From Octopus vulgaris (taxonomy: Eukaryota), in assembly GCA_951406725.2 (NCBI GenBank), contig OX597817.1, positions 33,232,001 through 33,296,000 on the forward strand: a DNA stretch of 64,000 bases. Direction: 5' to 3'. The notes beneath the pieces were generated by a model. That model worked only from the letters and a program-made list of their open reading frames with translations, was not told where the DNA came from and searched no databases. A program made the position numbers and the translations under genes. Of this stretch, positions 13,520-26,143 are shown piece after piece (position 1 is the stretch's first letter; each line of letters begins with the position of its first letter).

Positions 13520-15300
13520 GATGGTCCATCGTGGGTTGCTCTTAACCATTTCTTCCAGGTTTCAGAAAATGACTGTTTTTGCTTATCTTCAAAACTAAGT
13601 AACCAAGAAAAGTATTGAGTAACTTTATCTTCTTCAAAAACTCTGGGTCCATTTATCACCTATTTCTAATAAGCATGAAATTCTTCATGAGACAGTGTAA
13701 GGTGCTGCCACTGAGATGGTATTCGAAGTAACCAAATTTGCAACTGTTATGGCTTTCAAAGCAGGAATTAATTAAAAAGCAACACAAAAGAACTTAGTGA
13801 TTCTTGATTGACTGAAAACAAGGTTGTTCTATAATTGATTAAAACCAACTTGATATGACTAAAGCATATAATTACATTTTCAAGCCATTGGCGTAGCTGC
13901 CCATTGTAACATAAACCATATTTTGTAAAATATGTGGTTTCTGATGATAATTTGTATAATTGATCTGAATTCTTAAAAGTTTCTTTGTGAATGCATTGTG
14001 ATTAAGATTTTGTAAGTTCACACATCAAGCCTTGTGTGTGTAAATGTATGACATCTCTCAAACATCATGTAGTGTATGTGGGAGATTTGAAGTAAAGACA
14101 CCTACCTTCTCTTCATTGATGCAGACCTCTCCGGTGGTAATGCACCCTTCCACGTGGCCTGACCCAAACGCTAAAAATAGCAGCTGCTTTTCCCTTACCT
14201 TGTCGAAGTGCTCACGCGTCCAGCGCTGTTCGCTACCCTGATCGAAAAAGGCCCAATGCTTCCCTGCCTGCGCGCACGTCACTCCTGCCTCTTCCTCTTC
14301 CGGTCAGCCCCAAGTTCCGGTCAGCTCCCCAGCTGCTGATGTCATCCCACACATCAAAATGATAAAATGTTGCATGAACGTTTGAGGAAATGTGACAATT
14401 GATAAAAACGATCATGTCATTTAAAATGATAAGATTATTTATTATATGGACTGCAATAACTACTGATTCAGTCAATTTATTTATGGAAAACTTCTATTTC
14501 CCAAACAATTTAACAGCAAATCATATTTTAAGTTGTATAGCTTGACAAAATAATTCTTTTTTATTGCCAAGAGCTTCATAAATAAAATTCCAGATTAACT
14601 CTTAGAATGTGATGCAGTTCCTAATGCTGTCTTTTCTATCACTAGATCCTAGCTTTTTAAACACTGTAGCCATTCAATTTTTTAATAATGCTCTAGTGAC
14701 ACACTGCATAAGATCTGGTGGATATGATATTGCCCGAAAGGGTGAAGTTTCTTTAAATCTCTAATCATTTCAATTACAATGCTTCAACAAATTTTTAGGA
14801 ATTTATACTCAAAGTTCATTTTGAAAGTTATTAAACCAAAACCTTTTAAGAATAGGTCTCTACTATTGATTCCAGCTGAGAATATCTATCTTACATTATT
14901 GATAATGTATCAATGAAATTTCCAAACAACCCTTGCCAGCATGGAAAACAGGCGTTAAATGAATGATGATATGGATGATATTTAACTTAACAAGGATTTC
15001 CAAAGTTCACATATATCAAATAAAGAATTTCATTTTTTTATCTAGATATATAATGATTTTGAACAGCTTATTCTACGCATACAATATAATATTTTAAATC
15101 TAGCATTTGTAAACTAAATCTTATTTTTAGAATTACCATTTCAGATTCATTTGTTAGTTTAAGTGGCTTCCTTAAGCCATTGTATTTTGCTCAAAATATT
15201 TTCTTCAAAAAGTTCATAAAGCTGCTTCTTAAAATTTATTCAAGTTTTATTTAGAATTGATTTGGCAAAATTATTTTAATAATTGCTTTAATTCAAATTC
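13520..15300 (-). pseudogene. Decayed, apparently intronless coding sequence of unknown identity
   Basis: Several protein-like stop-poor frames on minus strand (KKQLYELFEENILSKIQWLKEA; ETSPFRAISYPPDLMQCVTRALL; CIHKETFKNSDQLYKLSSETTYFTKYGLCYNGQLRQWLEN; GPRVFEEDKVTQYFSWLLSFEDKQKQSFSETWKKWL); one frame is continuous across the solo-LTR insertion. Confidence 0.4.
14068..14351 (-). mobile_element. Solo LTR (284 bp)
   Basis: TGT...ACA termini; 5-bp TSD CATCA at 14063-14067 and 14352-14356; abrupt GC/CpG enrichment relative to flanks; orientation inferred. Confidence 0.75.
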
Positions 15301-15641
15301 TTTTGTGTTAATTTTTTCAGAATTATTCATTATGTGATCAAATATGTTCCACTGTGTAAAGTGAGAAAATTACAATGCCAGCAGTTTAAAATTACTGAAG
15401 AAGTTCTATAAATTACACAAAATATTTAAAAGGTATCCTGATAGACTAAACCAATCTAAATAGTTCTAGAACAACCACAAAATTATGTAACTTTAAATGA
15501 TATCAATATTTTTATAACATTGACTAAATTTGAGAATATTCTTCCAGAATTTGGATATATTATTTTAAATACATCTTGTATGACATCAGAATTTTCTGAT
15601 TAGTACCTTAACCACTAAAGTAGATAAATCCAGATGTATGA

Positions 15642-15675
<34 letters not shown>

Positions 15676-16039
15676 GTTTAGCGTCCGCTTTCCATGCTGG
15701 CATGGGTTGGACGGTTCAACTGGGGTCTGGGAAGCCAGAAGGCTGCACCAGGCCCAGTCTGATCTGGCAATGTTTCAATGGCTGGATGCCCTTCCTAACG
15801 CTAATCACTCCATGAGTGTAGTGGGTACTTTTTACATGCCACCGGCACAGGTGCCAGACGAGGCTGGCAAATGGCCACGATCGGATGGTGCTTTTTACGT
15901 GCCACCGGCACGGAAGCCATTAGTAATATTAATACACAACTTGAAAAAACAGGTAAAAGAGAAGAAATTTCAGGTCAAACAACAATGAAGTGATGCTAGA
16001 AAGTTAGAATATGTATAATTTAGTAAACATACAAAGATG

Positions 16040-17730
16040 AATATAAATTACATCTTGTTCATCATAGTCCTCCAGGCAATAGCAGAGGAATTCAAGGCCG
16101 GCTGCCCCAGGGAACTCTTCTATGCTGATGACCTTGCTCTTATAGCTGAGTTAGAGAAGAAGTTCCAAGTATGGAAACAAGGTCTAGAATCAAAGGGCCT
16201 TAGAGTTAACCTAGCAAAAGCCAGTCATAGTAAGTAGGAAGGCAGACAAATCACAAATCCCCTCAGATTTGTAACCAGATGTCTTTCTTAGTGCTGTATG
16301 TCTTTCTTTTCATTTGAGAATGGATTAGATGAATATGTGATTGATATATTAACAGCCAAATACTCTTACCTGTTCTACAAATAAAGGATATCTTATTGCA
16401 TACATCTTCAAAGACACATAACCAGCAAACGACCTGTTGACCGCAGAACTGATAGTGATTTCACCTCTTGTATGTAAGTGATTTTTGGAGAAGTGCAATT
16501 ATAGAAAAGATGTAGGTAGAAACTCCATAAGATTCACCCAGTGTAAGCTTTGAACACACAAAAGTGCAGCAACATCAAAGGAAGGTTAACGGAAAAACTA
16601 ACTTTTGCATGTAGAAGGTGCACAGGCATAATAAATGCTGAACATGTGCAGAAAGTAGACTCCATCAACTGCCAGGGCGGGCAAGCTAGAGGTAGTAGAT
16701 AGCTTCTGGTATCTAAGCAACCAGGTTAGTAGTGGAGGTGGTTGTTCTGAGAGTGTAGCTGTGAGAATAAGACTAGGCTGGGCAAAGTTCAGAGAGCTCT
16801 GACCCCCTGCTGGCAACAAAGGGCCTCTCTCTTAGAGTGAAAGGCAGGTTGTTTGATGCCTGTGTGTGAACAGTTATGCTGCATGGCTATAACAGCTGAG
16901 GACATGTGTAGGCTTGAGAGAAATGAAACCAGTATGCTTTGCTGGGTGTGCATGTTTGACAGAGTTTAAGCATCTTGAGAGAAAATTTAGGCATAAGAAG
17001 AATCAGATGTGGTATGTAAGAGAGAAGACTGTGCTGATATGGCCACGTGATGCATATGGACGAGGACAGCTGTATAAAGAAGTGCTGATCTCTAACTGTG
17101 GAGGAAATTTGTGGTAGAGGTAGACCTAGGAAGACATGAGATGAGGTGGTGAAGCATGACCATCGAACTTTGAACCTCACAGAGGCAATGACTAGTGACC
17201 GATACCTTTGGCGATGTGCTCTGCTTAAGAGGACCCATCAAGCCAAGAGCACCTATGCTGGTTGCATGTGAAAAATTCATGTTTGAACTTTGGGCCCCAT
17301 GGAGGCAAAGTGGCTGAGTTCCTTTCGAGCAGGCCTCATGGAAGTGAGGTGGCTAAGTTCCTTTCAAATGTTGAGCCTCATGGATGCAAAGTGGCTGAGT
17401 TCCTTTAGAGTGCTGGGCCTCACAGAGGTAATGACGAAGACCTTTTGGCATTATGTCATGCTTGAGAAGACCCATCAAGCTGAGCAAAATTGCAGTCATG
17501 GTAGATATTGGTGGCATGTAATGGCACCCATACTGGCGGTACGTAAAGGCACCCATTTCACTCTCAGAGTGGTTGGTGCTAGAAAGGGCACCCAGCCATA
17601 GAAAACCATGCCAAATCAGACTGGAGCATGGCACAGCCTTCCAACATGTCAGCCCAGTCAAACCGTCCAATCCATGCCAACATGGACAACGAGTGTTAAA
17701 TGATGATGATATAATGATGATGATGATGAT
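16040..17730 (+). mobile_element. RTE-clade LINE 3' half (RT and 3' UTR), decayed
   Basis: LFIIVLQAIAEEFKAGCPRELFYADDLALIAE (RT YADD motif), GRGRPRKT-type C-terminal motif near 17112-17140, 3' UTR with ~42-bp subrepeats and (GAT)n tail. Confidence 0.8.
16266..16475. repeat. Dispersed ~210-bp repeat, copy 1
   Basis: Closely similar to 21621-21831; interrupts the RTE RT remnant. Confidence 0.8.
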
Positions 17731-18958
17731 GAAGACAAAATGACAACCAGCCTTGTCTTTTCTTTTCATGGCTATTATTTCTATCACAAAAGTAGAAATA
17801 ATTAAGACATATTTTGTTCAATAAACTTAAAGAAAAAACAAAAACAAAACCAAACAATCCTTGCATGACAACATACAGTAAAGATAAGATATTTTATGTA
17901 TAAAGCACTGCTCCATATTCAGAAGAGTTTTGCAAAAGTAGGTAATTGAAATGTGAGTAACTTTGCAAGCAAAAGAAGGTGGTGAGCTGACGGAAATGTT
18001 AGCACACCGGGTGAAATGCTTAGTGGTATTTCGTCTGCCACTACATTCTGAGTTCAAATTCCACCGAGGTTGACTTTGCCTTTCATCCTTTCGGGGTTGA
18101 TTAAATAAGTACCAGTTACGCACTGGGGTCGATATAATCAACTTAATCCACGTGTCTGTCCTTGTTTGTCCTCTCTGTGTTTAGCCTCTTGTGGGTAGTA
18201 AAGAAATAGGTATTTCATCTGCCGCTACGTTCTGAGTTCAAATTCTGCCGAGGTTGACTTTGCCTTTCATCCTTTTGGCGGGGGTTGATAAATTAAGTAC
18301 CAGTTGCATACTGTGGTTGACCTAATTGATTTGCACCCCCGCCTCCCCCAAAATTTCAGGCTTTATGCCTAGAGTGAAAAAGAATATCTCAAGCAAAAAC
18401 ATGACATGAATGTGCATGTGTGTATCGAGTTATTTCATAATCATATTCAGATGAGATACAATCTAGAGTTGTAACGATTGACTGGTACTAACAAATAAAA
18501 AAAAAATAATAAATGTACCATTTTAAAGCCTAGTCAGGATCATGGGCCCGGTTTCCCGGTTTCCATGGCGTATGCGTTCCCCAGCTGGATGGGACGCCTT
18601 GCAATCCACATACTTCTTCCATCAATGTTGCATTGCTTGGATCCCATTGGTGAAGGAGCTTTTATCCTGTTGGCCAAAAAGGTCATCAACAGCAGATATG
18701 ACATCATCATCATTGTGATACTGGTTCCTAGTCAATTCTTTTCATGTTGGGGACCCAGAATTTAAAAAAAATCCTTTTTAATTCAGAATTATAAATTTTA
18801 TAGGTAGAGATTTCTCATGTGAAGAAAATATCAAACAAATTATAAAAAACAATCTTATTAGTAATATTTCACCACTTAAGTCTGTGTACAAAATGTACAA
18901 AAAGTACAAAATGTTGACAAATGGAATATTTGAATAATATACCAATGTGTAGAAACTA

Positions 18959-19524
18959 TTGGGTTGTCTGGAAAGTTCGTGCTGATTTATAGTACCTTAC
19001 CTTTCAACTTATTTTAGAACATGGTTGAGTCCATAAAATAGGATTTGACTACACCTCCATTTAGAGCACAGTTTAAGCTATTTTTTTGTGGAAGAAGGTT
19101 TGTGTTCCTAATACCTGTATTAATTCTGTAACCCTTTAAAATGGAAGATAAGAAAGTTCCTTTTCGGCACTTAATGCTTTGGGAACAAGACAAAAATTGC
19201 TGCAGCTCGGCTGGGATGTGTTACCCCACCCTTCATCTTCACCAGATATTGCTCCTTCGGATTTCCACTTATTCAGGTCTCTGCAGAATAGTCTTAATGG
19301 TAAAAATTTCAATTCCTTGGATGACATAAAAAGATACCTTGATGAATTCTTTGCCATGAAACCACCCCAATTCTAGGAAGAGGGTATTTTCAAGTTAAAG
19401 GAAAGATAGAGATACATTGTGCAACAAAATGGTTCATATTTGGTTGATTAAAAATGTAATGGCAAGTATTTATTGACCTTTTTCTTTCCTTTAAAAATCG
19501 GCATGAACTTTCCGGACAACCCAA
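18959..19524 (+). mobile_element. Non-autonomous mariner deletion derivative
   Basis: TIRs TTGGGTTGTC(T/C)GGAAAGTTC, TA TSD; transposase N-terminus MEDKKV.FRHLM joined to C-terminal HPSSSPDIAPSDFHLF motif. Confidence 0.9.
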
Positions 19525-20612
19525 TATATCATCTGCTATACTCTATACAACAGTTGCTGACTTTAATTCACTTGACGTACAGAATGAAGAAGCTCAATAA
19601 ACATTTTAGTTTTCTCCATTAGGGAACTAACGGTTGAGAATTAATGTGTTCTATAATGATACAATCTGATATTATTGATGTGTTTGCATGTCATATAAGA
19701 TTTCACGGTCACTCAGTCATTCCTTGTAGTTTAATCGATGTGCAGCAAAGATAGGGAACATCTGGAGTACTAATGAGATGGGTGCAGGTCTAGTGAGGGT
19801 ATTGTTAGAATATAATTGGAGCAATCTCTTTCATTAGAGATTTTGTGTATGTTGCTTGCCTTTGAGATGTGTACCCTGTATTGCATTGTTCTATTGGAAA
19901 TAATTGACTTTGAACATGTAAGTGAAGTGAAAAACTAAGCTATACAATCTTAAATTTGACTCAAGTTTTCTGAATTGGAGCTTGTATTATTTATTAAATT
20001 TATTAAACTTGTGGAATTTGGAATCAATATATCCATATTTGATTTTTTTTTTTTTCACAGAACAATATAAAGGAATTGAATACATTAACTGAAAGCTATT
20101 AGTTCATTAGCTTGTCAAATGAAGGCACAAACAGTGCAAACAACACATCTGTGTCCATTGATCCGTCAAAGGTGACAGAAAGACACGTGTTGAAAACTTT
20201 TGAAGTGCAAAAATAAAAACAAAAAAAACAAACAAACAAAAAACAAACAAACAAACAAACAAGCAAATTCATGAAATATTCCATACCAGCAAGTATTGTA
20301 TAACAACACTCGGTGAATGTTAAATGCAATTCTAGAATTCTGTTTTTGGTTTAAAGAAATCCATTTATCATACATTTAAAATTTGATAAATTTCAGACAT
20401 ATTACTTTACCTTTTCATCCCATTTGGATCAATAAAATAAGAAGCAAACTTCCTAACCCTGTGTGTGTGTGTGTGGTTAAGAAGTTTGCTTACGAACTAC
20501 ATGGTTTTGGGTTCAGTCCCACAGTATGATACTTTGGATTTTCTACAATATCCCCAGGTCAACCAAAGCCTTGAGAGTAGATATAATAGAAACTGAAAAA
20601 GGCCTGTCAAGA

Positions 20613-20882
20613 ATGTATGTATGTATGTATGTATGTATGTATGTATGTATGTATGTATGTATGTATGTATGTATGTGTGTGTGTATGTATGTGTGTGTGT
20701 ATGTATGTATGTATGTATGTATGTGTGTGTGTATGTATGTATGTATGTATGTGTGTGTGTGTATGTATGTGTGTGTGTATGTGTGTATGTATGTATGTAT
20801 GAATGTATGTATGTATGTATGTATATATGTATGTATATATGTAAGCATGCATGTATGATAGAAGCTGAAAAAGGCCTGTTAA

Positions 20883-20913
<31 letters not shown>

Positions 20914-21555
20914 TGTCATTATTCAGTTTATTTCAAGATTTCTTGCAAACAGAGAAGGAACCAGTTTCTAACCTAGATCCAATTCATTGGAATTTCAACA
21001 TCGTCAACAGGGTATGTATGTATGTATGTATGTATGTATGTATGTATGTATGTATGTATGTATGTATGTATGTATTTATGTATGTATGTATGTATGTATG
21101 TATGTATGTATGTATGTATGTATCTCTCTATCTATCTATTTATCTATATATATATATACGTATGTATGTATACATGCATGTATGTAGGTATGTATGGATG
21201 TGCATATGTATGTGGATATCTATGTGTATGTGTATATATGCATGTATGTATGTATACATGCATGTATGTGTGTAGGTATGTGTGGGTGTGTGTGTATGTA
21301 TATATATATATAGATATATATATATGTATGTGAGTATGTATGTGTATGTATGCCTGTATGTATGCATGTATCAATGTATGTATGTGTGTATGTATGCATA
21401 TCGGCATGTATGCATGTATATATGTATATATGTATGTACGTGGGTATGTACATGTGTGTATGTATGCATGTATGTATATAAGTACATAAGTATGTATATA
21501 TACATGCATGTATGTATGGGTGTGTGTGTGTGTATGTATGTGTGTATGTATATAT
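20613..21555. repeat. Compound (TATG)n/(TG)n microsatellite region
   Basis: Directly visible; source of many spurious ORFs. Confidence 0.9.
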
Positions 21556-21620
21556 GTTACATCAACAACGACAATGATTCGTTGTTTGTACGAGTGGAAC
21601 AAAAGATTCTTGGAGCAACT

Positions 21621-21831
21621 GATTTTGTAACCAGATGTCTTTCTTGGTGCTGTCCGTCTTTTTTTTCATGTGAGAATGGATTAGATGAATATGTGATTGA
21701 TATATTAACAGCCAAATACTCTTACCTGTTCTACAAGTAAAGGATGTCTTATCGCATACATCTTCAAAGACACATAACCAGCAAACGACCTGTCGACAGC
21801 AGAACTGATAGTGATTTCACTGCTTGTATGT
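21621..21831. repeat. Dispersed ~210-bp repeat, copy 2
   Basis: Closely similar to 16266-16475. Confidence 0.8.
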
Positions 21832-22353
21832 TCGTGGTTTTTGGAGAAGTTCAATTGTAAACAAACATATGCTTATACATCATCTTCATCACCACCATCA
21901 TCATCATTTTGATGATCCTTTTTACATGTGTGTATGGGTCAGATTGAATTTGTTGGGGAAGATTTTCCATTGCTTGATGCCCTTCCTGTTACTAAACCTT
22001 GTTTGTTTCCAAGAAAGGTAATATTTCCACATTGCCAGAGATGTTCTCATGAATATTAGAAATGAATGACACTGTTTGTATAACAGTAATACTTATTTAC
22101 ATACGTGCCAGTGGCACGTAAAAAGCACCATCCGATCATAGCCGTTTGCCAGCCCCGTCTGGCACCTGTGCCAGTGGCACGTAAAAAGCTCCCACTACAC
22201 TCACGGAGTGGTTGGCGTTAGGAAGGGCATCCAGATCAGACTGGGCCTGGTGCAGCCTCCTGGCTTCCCAGACCCCAGTTGAACCATCCAACCCATGCTA
22301 GCATGGAAAGCGGACGCTAAATGATGATAATGATGATACATGTGTATGTGTGA

Positions 22354-22413
<60 letters not shown>

Positions 22414-22995
22414 TGAGAACCTTTTAGTTTTCATCTACCAAATCTGTCAAGGTGCCTTGCAATGAAACTGAACCAAAAATAACATGGTTAAGAAGCATGC
22501 TTCTCAAGTATACATCCATACCTGTGCCTGTATAATAATTCGTAATTACAGAAAGTTTGACTCAAACTTGAGATTTCAGTAATATTTTAGACACTGGCTT
22601 TGAATAAATTTGTTTATGAAATTGGAATTATTTATTAGAGCAAACCTGCCAAATCTGTTTTGATTTAAAATGTTTCTTTCCATTTTCTTCCTTTGTTCTC
22701 ATTAAAGTCAAATAAATCTGCATTTTGCCGCTGTGTGTTATTAGGTTGTAAAACTGAAACTCCAGAAAATATTGCTTCACATCAACATAGAGAGCAAAAT
22801 TGGTTTTCAAAGGTACACTGCATTGCAGAAGATCTATTATCAGACTTGCTTTCAAATTTTTACTCTAGACAGCAACAAGACAGGAAGACTTTATAGCATT
22901 GTTAGGCTTTTTGACAAGACACATTAAATGTTTCAGTTTAAAACTTTTGAAGAATTCTTTTCAACAATAATATCTATTAATAATATATAGATACA

Positions 22996-23157
22996 GGCGC
23001 AGGAGTGGTTGTGTGGTAAGTAGCTTGCTTACCAACCACATGGTTCCAGGTTCAGTCCCACTGCGTAACACCGTGGGCAAGTGTCTTCTACTATAGCCTC
23101 GGGCCAACCAAAGCAATGTGAGTGGATTTGGTAGACAGAAACTGAAAGAAGCCCGTC

Positions 23158-23207
<50 letters not shown>

Positions 23208-23510
23208 ATATGTTTGTGTGTCTGTGTTTGTCACCCCAACATCTCTTGACAACTGATGGTGGTGTGTTTACGTCCCCGTGTGTGTGTGTGTGTGTATGTT
23301 TGTGTGTCTGTGTTTGTCCCTCCAACATTGCTTGATAACTGATGGTGTGTTTACATCCCCGTAACTTAGCGGTTCAGCAAAAGAACCGATAGAATAAGTA
23401 CTAGGCTTACAAAGAATAAGTCCTGGGGTCGATTTGCTTGACTAAAGATGGTGCTCCAGCATGGCCACAGTCAAATGACTGAAACAAGTAAAAGAGTAAA
23501 AGGGTAAAGA
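22996..23510 (+). mobile_element. SINE family A with internal duplication
   Basis: Full head and tail; TGTGTCTGTGTTTGTC...GTGTTTAC(G/A)TCCCCGT segment occurs twice. Confidence 0.85.
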
Positions 23511-25750
23511 GTTTGACTTCCCAATCATGTGGTTTCACTGCACCTTGGGCAAGTGCCTTCTGTTAAACTAAAGTCTTGTGAGCAGATTTTGTAGACAGAA
23601 ACAGAAAGAAACCCATTGTGTGTGTGTGTGTGTGTGGGGGGGTGTCCTTGTTTTGACATCACACAATAGTAAATGAGTATCACTGTCATTTTAACAATAT
23701 CTTCTGTTGCCAGTCTCTCACGAAAACATTGAGAAATATTACTTTACTTAGAAATAGGTGAGGGTTGGTGACAGGAAGAGCATCTAGCTGTAGAAAATCT
23801 GCCACAACAAATTCTGCCTGACTCATGCAAGCATGAAAAAGTGGATGTTATAATAATGATAATATATAGATAAATTCTTATATCTATAACTTAGCTATTG
23901 CTGTCTCCAGCAAAGTAGATATGATCTTTAGTTACAGAGTGCAATGGGGTGCTACACAAGGTTGTCATTTCTGTGGAAGAGAACTGCAGAGAGTATATGA
24001 TATCATCATCATCATCGTTTAACGTCCATTTTCCATGCTAGCATGGGTTGGACGGTTCGACGGGGGTCTGGGAAGCCAGGAGGCTGAACCAGGCTCCAGT
24101 CTGATCTGACAGTGTTTCTACAGCTTGATGCCCTTCCTAACGCCAACCACTCTGTGAGTGTAGTGGATGCTTTTTACATGTCACCGGCACAGGTGCCAGG
24201 GGAGGCTGGCAACGGCCACGATCAGTTGGTGCTTTTTACGTGCCACCGGCATGGAAGCCAGTCAAGGTGGCGCTGGCATCGACCACGTACGGATGGTGCT
24301 TTTTACATGTCACCAGCACAGATATGGAATACAAATATGACACTCATTAAAGAACACGACAATTGAAGATGTCAGGGCATCAAGTGGGTTTCATTTTGGA
24401 TTGCACACAAGTAGCATGTGTCGGAACAATTGTAATGGTTTAAGAAGAGATGTAAGAAGAACAGAGCACATTAAGCATGAATCATGCTTAAAGTATGTTG
24501 GTAAGGGAAATGCTGGTAATCAGTTGGGTGGCCTCTTTGTTTCTAGGTTGGACAGTTCAAGAGCACCCAATGAGTCAGAGGACAGTATCCTGCTCCAGTC
24601 TATACTTTAGCATGATTTCTACAGATGTATACTCTTCTTAATGCCAACTACTTTAAGAGAAATTACAGGACATTTTCTTTTTCATGGCACTAGCACTAGT
24701 GAGGTTTGCCATGTAACTTGTAAGAGGCTAAGAACCCCACAGATATTAGTGAAGGAGATGGCTTTAAGCTAGGTCTTGTGGGGTTAAGGCAGTGTTTCTC
24801 AACCTTTTTACCTTTGTGTAACCCTTAAAATAAATTACATATCGCAAAGAACCCCTACACAAAAAAAAAAAATTATATATCATATCTTATATTTTTTTCA
24901 TCATAGTTCACGTAGTAAATATCATATATCACCAAAACCACCACCACCATCACTCAGTCGTGAAGCCAAAAGGGGAGCAAAGGGAGAAACTGCTCCTCCT
25001 GAGCACATTTTCTAATATTGGTGTCTTTTCAATAATTCGTTTTAACAGTTTAGTTACCTATATCAGTTGTTATAAGTGTCATACATAATGACATTGTTAC
25101 TGAAACACAAACTTAATGATTGTAGACTACAATTATGTACATTATAACTAATGAAATATTTCACATAATATAAGAGAAATGAGTTAAAAATTATTTGATA
25201 TGTGTCACAGCACCTTTTTTTTTTCATGTGCTCACTCCCCCATAACTTTAGAACCTGACTATGCCTCAGCACCACCACCACCACCACCATTCAACTTTTA
25301 TGCTTGCATAGATTGGGTGGTTTGACTGGGCCCAGTGAGTCAGAGGACTGTGTTGAGTTTTAATGTCTACAGTATTATATATCACTTTTGCTACTAATCC
25401 ACCAAAGTCAATAGTCAACACCAAAACCATACAGCTATTGTGTTAGTGAAATAGGAAAAATAAAAGTGAGATTTAAATGAGTGTTTGACTTAGGGATATA
25501 AACAATTTCAAACATAACCAAGAAGTGGAAATGCCACAAAGTATATACATAGCTAGACTAAATACTTTAATACTTAATAGTTCTGTACCTGAGTTCAATT
25601 CTTGTAGGTTAATTTGACCTTTCAGATCTGAGTCTATAAAATAGTTGACAATCTGACATTATAAGCTGTACTCGATCAAATCAATGAAGTAGTAGGCTAC
25701 TAATCTGAAGGACAGCAGTTCAAATCTTCTCACTAAACTCTTTAAACTCT

Positions 25751-26143
25751 TTAACCTATTTCAGTCATTTGACTGCGACCTTGCTGGAGCACCGCCTTTA
25801 ATTGAGCAACTCGACCCCGGGACTTATTCTTTGTAAGCCCAGTACTTATTCTATCGGTCTCTTTTGCTGAACCACTAAGTGACGGGGACATAAACACACC
25901 AGCATCGGTTGTCAAGCGATGTTGGATGGGACAAACACAGACACACAAACGTACACGCTCACATATATATATATATACATATATACAACGGGCTTCTTTC
26001 AGTTTCCGTCTACCAAATCCACTCACAAGGATTTGGTCGGCCCGAGGCTACAGTAGAAGACACTTGCCCAAGGTGCCACACAGTGGGACTGAACCCGGAA
26101 CCATGTGGTTGGTAAACAAGCTACTTACCACACAGCCACTCCT
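25751..26143 (-). mobile_element. SINE family A
   Basis: Reverse complement of 22996-23510 family. Confidence 0.85.

Noticed and set aside
14058-14282. 74-aa ORF and GC island as a host exon or foreign contamination
   Set aside because: Explained by a solo LTR with TG..CA ends and CATCA TSD
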